Source: Podarcis erhardii
Taxonomy: Eukaryota
Assembly: GCA_964252035.1 (NCBI GenBank)
Contig: OZ176200.1
Length of the DNA: 64,000 bases
Reading direction: 5' to 3' (one strand)
A program made the translations under genes and the position numbers. Below, piece after piece: positions 63,401 to 64,000 of the stretch. The notes under the pieces were generated by a model that saw only the letters and a program-made list of their open reading frames with translations, was not told where the DNA came from and did not search any database. Every line of letters begins with the position of its first letter. Positions within the stretch are counted from its first letter, which is position 1.

Positions 63401-63643
63401 CTACCAAGACACAAGTGTTCAACTAACATACATAGAGAGAAAGGGAGGGGGAGGGAGAAATGTGTAAGGCTAATAAAACTAAGACACATAATTCACTTTC
63501 TGAAAGATCAGTTTGATTTCTGCTTATCAAATACTCACATCGCTTATATTGTAGGCATTGACTTTTGCTTGAATAAACTCAGGAACATATGGATCCAAGT
63601 GGTAGTTGTGCTTAACTTTCTCACCCTCCAACTTGTACGTTAT
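1381..63643 (-). CDS. NEB: Nebulin, partial multi-exon coding region (78 exons, central and distal super-repeats and start of the C-terminal simple repeats); both ends outside window
   Basis: Spliced minus-strand exons join in frame without stops. They give 35-aa SDxxYK modules with WLKGIGW every seventh module, plus distinctive nebulin segments ([58 protein letters not shown]). Confidence 0.98.
1870..1975 (+). mobile_element. Non-LTR retrotransposon 3' end (CR1/L2-type)
   Basis: tggacttgatgggccattggcctgatccagcagg...ttcttatgtt tail typical of squamate LINE ends. Confidence 0.5.
2097..2228 (+). mobile_element. tRNA-Lys-derived SINE with CR1-like tail
   Basis: agctcagtcagtaaagcatgagactcttactctcagggttgtgggttcaagccccatg head followed by ggactagatggtcc...ttccaact tail; degenerate, so not a functional tRNA. 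Confidence 0.7.
2480..2590 (-). CDS. NEB: NEB exon, 111 nt
   Basis: [37 protein letters not shown]; cag/gtaaga. Confidence 0.94.
3971..4069 (-). CDS. NEB: NEB exon, 99 nt
   Basis: [33 protein letters not shown]; cag/gtatgt. Confidence 0.94.
4230..4295. repeat. Compound (AC)n(AG)n microsatellite
   Basis: Seen directly. Confidence 0.95.
4349..4453 (-). CDS. NEB: NEB exon, 105 nt
   Basis: [35 protein letters not shown]; cag/gtaagc. Confidence 0.95.
4572..4676 (-). CDS. NEB: NEB exon, 105 nt
   Basis: [35 protein letters not shown]; cag/gtatgc. Confidence 0.94.
5685..5792 (-). CDS. NEB: NEB exon, 108 nt
   Basis: [36 protein letters not shown]; cag/gtaatg. Confidence 0.93.
6189..6296 (-). CDS. 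NEB: NEB exon, 108 nt
   Basis: [36 protein letters not shown]; cag/gtgagt. Confidence 0.93.
6622..6729 (-). CDS. NEB: NEB exon, 108 nt
   Basis: [36 protein letters not shown]; tag/gtaagt. Confidence 0.94.
6829..6960 (-). mobile_element. L2-type LINE 3' end fragment
   Basis: (agtaac)n tail plus ccctgcctatctgactgggttgccccagccactctgggcagcttcc, matching the element at 48400-48460. Confidence 0.55.
7343..7447 (-). CDS. NEB: NEB exon, 105 nt
   Basis: [35 protein letters not shown]; tag/gtaagg. Confidence 0.93.
8231..8335 (-). CDS. NEB: NEB exon, 105 nt
   Basis: [35 protein letters not shown]; tag/gtgagt. Confidence 0.95.
8928..9125 (-). CDS. NEB: NEB exon, 198 nt
   Basis: [27 protein letters not shown]...VNDQLSD; tag/gtaagt. 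Confidence 0.94.
10392..10505 (-). CDS. NEB: NEB exon, 114 nt
   Basis: [38 protein letters not shown]; tag/gtaagg. Confidence 0.95.
10599..10706 (-). CDS. NEB: NEB exon, 108 nt
   Basis: [36 protein letters not shown]; cag/gtaagt. Confidence 0.93.
10760..11034. mobile_element. PIF/Harbinger-like MITE
   Basis: Perfect 14-bp TIR gggcttgtctacac / gtgtagacaagccc; flanks taa / aaa (near-TAA target). Confidence 0.6.
11769..11873 (-). CDS. NEB: NEB exon, 105 nt
   Basis: [35 protein letters not shown]; tag/gtgagt. Confidence 0.94.
11976..12080 (-). CDS. NEB: NEB exon, 105 nt
   Basis: [35 protein letters not shown]; cag/gtgagt. Confidence 0.94.
12669..12773 (-). CDS. NEB: NEB exon, 105 nt
   Basis: [35 protein letters not shown]; cag/gtaagc. 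Confidence 0.95.
13487..13684 (-). CDS. NEB: NEB exon, 198 nt
   Basis: [30 protein letters not shown]...AQEILSD; tag/gtatgt. Confidence 0.94.
13761..13793. repeat. (CAA)n(CTA)n microsatellite abutting a splice donor
   Basis: Seen directly next to the donor of exon 13798-13911. Confidence 0.9.
13798..13911 (-). CDS. NEB: NEB exon, 114 nt
   Basis: [38 protein letters not shown]; cag/gtaagt. Confidence 0.94.
14013..14120 (-). CDS. NEB: NEB exon, 108 nt
   Basis: [36 protein letters not shown]; tag/gtaagt. Confidence 0.94.
14852..14956 (-). CDS. NEB: NEB exon, 105 nt
   Basis: [35 protein letters not shown]; tag/gtaagt. Confidence 0.93.
15607..15711 (-). CDS. NEB: NEB exon, 105 nt
   Basis: [35 protein letters not shown]; cag/gtaagt. 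Confidence 0.93.
15801..15905 (-). CDS. NEB: NEB exon, 105 nt
   Basis: [35 protein letters not shown]; cag/gtaaga. Confidence 0.94.
16058..16369 (-). CDS. NEB: NEB exon, 312 nt
   Basis: [34 protein letters not shown]...KAYDLQSD; cag/gtaagt. Confidence 0.95.
16617..16724 (-). CDS. NEB: NEB exon, 108 nt
   Basis: [36 protein letters not shown]; cag/gtaaac. Confidence 0.93.
16806..16907 (-). CDS. NEB: NEB exon, 102 nt
   Basis: [34 protein letters not shown]; cag/gtatgt. Confidence 0.93.
17104..17202 (-). CDS. NEB: NEB exon, 99 nt
   Basis: [33 protein letters not shown]; cag/gtaagt. Confidence 0.93.
17575..18190 (-). mobile_element. L2 LINE 3' fragment interrupted by a CR1 insertion
   Basis: Minus-strand ORF 17997-18182 ([14 protein letters not shown]...[10 protein letters not shown]) resembles the L2 ORF2 C-terminus; (aat)-rich tail at about 17580-17620. 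Confidence 0.7.
17695..17931 (+). mobile_element. 5'-truncated CR1 LINE
   Basis: CR1 3' end finishing ttccaactctatgattctatg; flanked by taaaatcagtt / taaaagcagtt (11-bp TSD, 1 mismatch). Confidence 0.85.
18690..18835 (+). mobile_element. CR1 LINE 3' fragment
   Basis: gtttttaagcagaggttggatggccatctgtc...ttccaactctaggattctatg. Confidence 0.75.
18874..18978 (-). CDS. NEB: NEB exon, 105 nt
   Basis: [35 protein letters not shown]; cag/gtaata. Confidence 0.94.
19636..19947 (-). CDS. NEB: NEB exon, 312 nt (duplicate of 25941-26252)
   Basis: [25 protein letters not shown]...KAYELQSD; tag/gtgagt. Confidence 0.95.
20492..20596 (-). CDS. NEB: NEB exon, 105 nt
   Basis: [35 protein letters not shown]; tag/gtaagt. 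Confidence 0.94.
20656..21010. mobile_element. Tc1/mariner (Tc2/Tigger-like) MITE, copy-specific
   Basis: About 27-bp TIR ccatatttttcaccctataggacgcac / gtgcatcctatagggtgaaaaatacag, TA flanks; empty paralogous site at about 26960. Confidence 0.85.
21350..21454 (-). CDS. NEB: NEB exon, 105 nt
   Basis: [35 protein letters not shown]; cag/gtaagt. Confidence 0.94.
21649..21852 (-). CDS. NEB: NEB exon, 204 nt
   Basis: [23 protein letters not shown]...NAEQLSL; tag/gtatgt. Confidence 0.94.
22511..22822 (-). CDS. NEB: NEB exon, 312 nt (duplicate of 28601-28912)
   Basis: Protein identical to the 28601 exon; 3 synonymous differences by manual comparison; cag/gtaagt. Confidence 0.95.
23959..24066 (-). 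CDS. NEB: NEB exon, 108 nt
   Basis: [36 protein letters not shown]; cag/gtacaa. Confidence 0.92.
24739..24843 (-). CDS. NEB: NEB exon, 105 nt
   Basis: [35 protein letters not shown]; tag/gtaaga. Confidence 0.93.
24988..25191 (-). CDS. NEB: NEB exon, 204 nt
   Basis: [23 protein letters not shown]...NAQQVSE; cag/gtaagc. Confidence 0.94.
25941..26252 (-). CDS. NEB: NEB exon, 312 nt
   Basis: [34 protein letters not shown]...KAYELQSD; tag/gtgagt. Confidence 0.95.
26805..26909 (-). CDS. NEB: NEB exon, 105 nt
   Basis: [35 protein letters not shown]; tag/gtaagt. Confidence 0.94.
27193..27398. mobile_element. Penelope-like retroelement short insertion with inverted arms, copy-specific
   Basis: Perfect 51-bp inverted repeat at 27191-27241 and 27295-27345; 12-bp direct repeat agctaaataaat at 27181-27192 and 27399-27410; absent from paralogous intron at about 21200. 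Confidence 0.75.
27548..27652 (-). CDS. NEB: NEB exon, 105 nt
   Basis: [35 protein letters not shown]; tag/gtaagt. Confidence 0.94.
27735..27938 (-). CDS. NEB: NEB exon, 204 nt
   Basis: [23 protein letters not shown]...NAEQLSL; cag/gtatgt. Confidence 0.94.
28601..28912 (-). CDS. NEB: NEB exon, 312 nt
   Basis: [26 protein letters not shown]...KAYELQSD; cag/gtaagt. Confidence 0.95.
29769..29876 (-). CDS. NEB: NEB exon, 108 nt
   Basis: [36 protein letters not shown]; cag/gtactg. Confidence 0.92.
30392..30743 (-). mobile_element. Sauria SINE, near full length
   Basis: (acctt)n-type tail seen as gtaaaggtaaagggacccctgacc; tRNA-like head near 30740; 15-bp TSD caaacttataatgta / ctaacatataatgta (13/15). 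Confidence 0.88.
31302..31406 (-). CDS. NEB: NEB exon, 105 nt
   Basis: [35 protein letters not shown]; tag/gtaaga. Confidence 0.92.
32312..32515 (-). CDS. NEB: NEB exon, 204 nt
   Basis: [23 protein letters not shown]...NALLQSN; cag/gtaaga. Confidence 0.94.
33529..33840 (-). CDS. NEB: NEB exon, 312 nt
   Basis: [34 protein letters not shown]...KVYDIQSD; cag/gtacgt. Confidence 0.94.
34150..34257 (-). CDS. NEB: NEB exon, 108 nt
   Basis: [36 protein letters not shown]; tag/gtaagt. Confidence 0.94.
34399..34503 (-). CDS. NEB: NEB exon, 105 nt
   Basis: [35 protein letters not shown]; cag/gtaaga. Confidence 0.94.
34760..34870. mobile_element. Tigger-like MITE end fragment
   Basis: ...ggaacgaattaagtacttaacccgaggtaccactgta, same terminus family as 60065-60316. 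Confidence 0.6.
34929..35132 (-). CDS. NEB: NEB exon, 204 nt
   Basis: [23 protein letters not shown]...NAETMNK; cag/gtgagt. Confidence 0.94.
35222..35481. mobile_element. GC-rich hAT-type MITE
   Basis: TIR tagtggcggag / ctccgccagtg; exact 8-bp TSD tctgggtt at 35214-35221 and 35482-35489; internal subterminal repeats. Confidence 0.8.
36250..36561 (-). CDS. NEB: NEB exon, 312 nt
   Basis: Protein identical to the 39989-40300 exon; cag/gtgagt. Confidence 0.95.
36814..37055 (-). mobile_element. tRNA-derived CORE/MIR-like squamate SINE
   Basis: (aag)n tail, ggcccaaggtcacccagc core, ctcttaaccactacgccacactg head. Confidence 0.7.
37559..37666 (-). CDS. NEB: NEB exon, 108 nt
   Basis: [36 protein letters not shown]; cag/gtgtgt (weak donor). 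Confidence 0.9.
37948..38052 (-). CDS. NEB: NEB exon, 105 nt
   Basis: [35 protein letters not shown]; cag/gtgagt. Confidence 0.94.
38761..38964 (-). CDS. NEB: NEB exon, 204 nt
   Basis: [23 protein letters not shown]...NAETMNK; cag/gtgaat. Confidence 0.94.
39504..39732. mobile_element. hAT (Charlie-like) MITE
   Basis: TIR caggggtcagcaaac / gtttgcctacccatg; exact 8-bp TSD gtgtcagt at 39496-39503 and 39733-39740. Confidence 0.85.
39989..40300 (-). CDS. NEB: NEB exon, 312 nt
   Basis: [25 protein letters not shown]...[10 protein letters not shown]; cag/gtgagt. Confidence 0.95.
40697..40959 (+). mobile_element. Sauria SINE (internally deleted), copy-specific
   Basis: gcactgtggtctaaaccac head, ggtaccgctc/ggaaggtaaacgg body, cctttacctttacc tail; not present in paralogous intron at about 44230-44310. 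Confidence 0.82.
41374..41481 (-). CDS. NEB: NEB exon, 108 nt
   Basis: [36 protein letters not shown]; tag/gtgagt. Confidence 0.94.
41580..41684 (-). CDS. NEB: NEB exon, 105 nt
   Basis: [35 protein letters not shown]; cag/gtaagt. Confidence 0.94.
41790..42350 (-). mobile_element. L2 LINE relic (also at about 44955-45150 in the duplicate)
   Basis: Translates to L2 ORF2-like [11 protein letters not shown]...WKLQL in the paralogous copy. Confidence 0.6.
42139..42274. mobile_element. Palindromic hAT MITE nested in the L2 relic
   Basis: TIR cagtcataggcaaac / gtttgtctatgcctg; exact 8-bp TSD atctagtc at 42131-42138 and 42275-42282. Confidence 0.85.
42779..42982 (-). CDS. NEB: NEB exon, 204 nt (duplicate of 45603-45806)
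   Basis: [23 protein letters not shown]...NSEVMDH; cag/gtgagt. Confidence 0.94.
43698..44009 (-). CDS. NEB: NEB exon, 312 nt (putative chimeric junction exon)
   Basis: [25 protein letters not shown]...[10 protein letters not shown]; cag/gtgagt. Confidence 0.95.
44565..44672 (-). CDS. NEB: NEB exon, 108 nt
   Basis: [36 protein letters not shown]; aag/gtaagt. Confidence 0.93.
44776..44880 (-). CDS. NEB: NEB exon, 105 nt
   Basis: [35 protein letters not shown]; cag/gtaagt. Confidence 0.94.
45603..45806 (-). CDS. NEB: NEB exon, 204 nt (duplicate of 42779-42982)
   Basis: [23 protein letters not shown]...NSEVMDH; cag/gtgagt. Confidence 0.94.
46398..46709 (-). CDS. NEB: NEB exon, 312 nt
   Basis: [25 protein letters not shown]...[10 protein letters not shown]; cag/gtaagt. 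Confidence 0.95.
47915..48022 (-). CDS. NEB: NEB exon, 108 nt
   Basis: [36 protein letters not shown]; tag/gtaagt. Confidence 0.94.
48120..48224 (-). CDS. NEB: NEB exon, 105 nt
   Basis: [35 protein letters not shown]; tag/gtaagt. Confidence 0.94.
48358..49150 (-). mobile_element. L2 LINE 3' portion with (AAT)n tail, interrupted by a MITE
   Basis: Minus-strand ORF 48908-49135 ([19 protein letters not shown]) is L2 ORF2-like; (aat)n at 48358-48403. Confidence 0.75.
48482..48839. mobile_element. Tigger/pogo-like MITE
   Basis: TIR cagtggtgccccgcaagacga / tcgtcttgcgaggcaccactg; TA on both flanks. Confidence 0.85.
49962..50165 (-). CDS. NEB: NEB exon, 204 nt
   Basis: [23 protein letters not shown]...ENAKHRSD; tag/gtaagt. 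Confidence 0.94.
50707..51018 (-). CDS. NEB: NEB exon, 312 nt
   Basis: [25 protein letters not shown]...KVYELQSD; cag/gtaagt. Confidence 0.95.
51309..52092 (+). mobile_element. Putative solo LTR, antisense to NEB
   Basis: Starts TG, ends CA, 4-bp direct repeat gtga at 51305-51308 and 52093-52096; ttataa at about 51917 and aataaa at 51995-52000. Confidence 0.6.
52459..52566 (-). CDS. NEB: NEB exon, 108 nt
   Basis: [36 protein letters not shown]; tag/gtaagt. Confidence 0.94.
53609..53713 (-). CDS. NEB: NEB exon, 105 nt
   Basis: [35 protein letters not shown]; tag/gtatag. Confidence 0.92.
54057..54263 (-). CDS. NEB: NEB exon, 207 nt
   Basis: [24 protein letters not shown]...NAGVMNK; cag/gtgact. 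Confidence 0.94.
54391..54702 (-). CDS. NEB: NEB exon, 312 nt
   Basis: [25 protein letters not shown]...MNRIQSN; cag/gtaaga. Confidence 0.95.
55123..55230 (-). CDS. NEB: NEB exon, 108 nt
   Basis: [36 protein letters not shown]; cag/gtaagt. Confidence 0.94.
55552..55656 (-). CDS. NEB: NEB exon, 105 nt
   Basis: [35 protein letters not shown]; cag/gtaagt. Confidence 0.93.
56961..57167 (-). CDS. NEB: NEB exon, 207 nt
   Basis: [24 protein letters not shown]...NAKTMDG; cag/gtaagc. Confidence 0.94.
57913..58224 (-). CDS. NEB: NEB exon, 312 nt
   Basis: [25 protein letters not shown]...MMQIQSN; cag/gtaagt. Confidence 0.95.
59133..59240 (-). CDS. NEB: NEB exon, 108 nt
   Basis: [36 protein letters not shown]; aag/gtaagt. 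Confidence 0.94.
59368..59472 (-). CDS. NEB: NEB exon, 105 nt
   Basis: [35 protein letters not shown]; cag/gtaaga. Confidence 0.94.
60065..60316. mobile_element. Tigger-like MITE
   Basis: Degenerate TIR ctgcggtatcttggtt / aaccaaggtaccactg with TA flanks; a related partial copy starts at about 63930. Confidence 0.7.
60697..60903 (-). CDS. NEB: NEB exon, 207 nt
   Basis: [24 protein letters not shown]...NAVTMNK; aag/gtaaag. Confidence 0.94.
61876..62187 (-). CDS. NEB: NEB exon, 312 nt
   Basis: [34 protein letters not shown]...MMQIQSD; tag/gtatgt. Confidence 0.95.
63067..63174 (-). CDS. NEB: NEB exon, 108 nt
   Basis: [36 protein letters not shown]; aag/gtaagt. Confidence 0.92.
63539..63643 (-). 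CDS. NEB: NEB exon, 105 nt
   Basis: [35 protein letters not shown]; tag/gtgagt. Confidence 0.93.
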
Positions 63644-64000
63644 CTAAAAGGAAAACAGCACATGCATCATTTCATTGGCTTGGCACACGGTACCTCATTG
63701 TAGATTTGGGGTGAATGGACCTGTCAGTTTCAGTTCTCTCAGCTTCTTATCCAGTTATCCACACTTCCGCAGCAATTTGTGAGAGAGAACCCTGCCCAAG
63801 GCTCTGCAGGCTGTGGTTAGCCAAATGGGCAATACAAGATAACCTTGGCAGGAATGTCTTGAAGTTAAGGCACTGACTTGCAACCACAGTGAACATTTAC
63901 TGTGAACGCTTTCTATCTCGGCAACACTACATTGGTACCTTGGTTCTCAAACTTAATCCATTCCAGAAATCAGTTCCAAAACCAAAGCGTTCCAAAACCA

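Noticed and set aside
1-64000. CRISPR-like array or prokaryotic defence system
   Set aside because: The periodicity comes from exon repeats in a spliced vertebrate gene; there are no fixed repeats with unique spacers and no operon-like ORFs.

Overview
Vertebrate genomic DNA, most likely from a lacertid-type lizard (inferred from Sauria SINEs with the GTAAAGGTAAAGGGACCCCTGACC end and from squamate L2/CR1 relics). The whole window lies inside one gene, nebulin (NEB), on the minus strand. I traced 78 consecutive coding exons by hand (63643 down to 1381). All are GT-AG, phase 0 and a multiple of 3 long, totalling 12,531 nt or about 4,177 aa. They encode about 17 seven-module super-repeats with SDxxYK and WLKGIGW motifs; both gene ends lie outside the window. 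The main signal is ongoing remodelling of the super-repeat array. There is an 8-exon tandem duplication (about 19.3-33.8 kb) and a separate 4-exon duplication (about 40.0-46.7 kb) whose junction appears to lie inside a chimeric exon. Patchy gene-conversion tracts are visible as identity gradients, including intron sequence. Copy-specific insertions include a Tc1/mariner MITE, a Penelope-like hairpin with a hammerhead-like core, a Sauria SINE and a 29-bp duplicated splice donor. Introns also hold SINE/LINE relics, MITEs and a solo LTR. No prokaryote-type system, CRISPR array or second protein-coding gene is supported. Comparisons with human NEB rest on my recollection of that protein and need an alignment.
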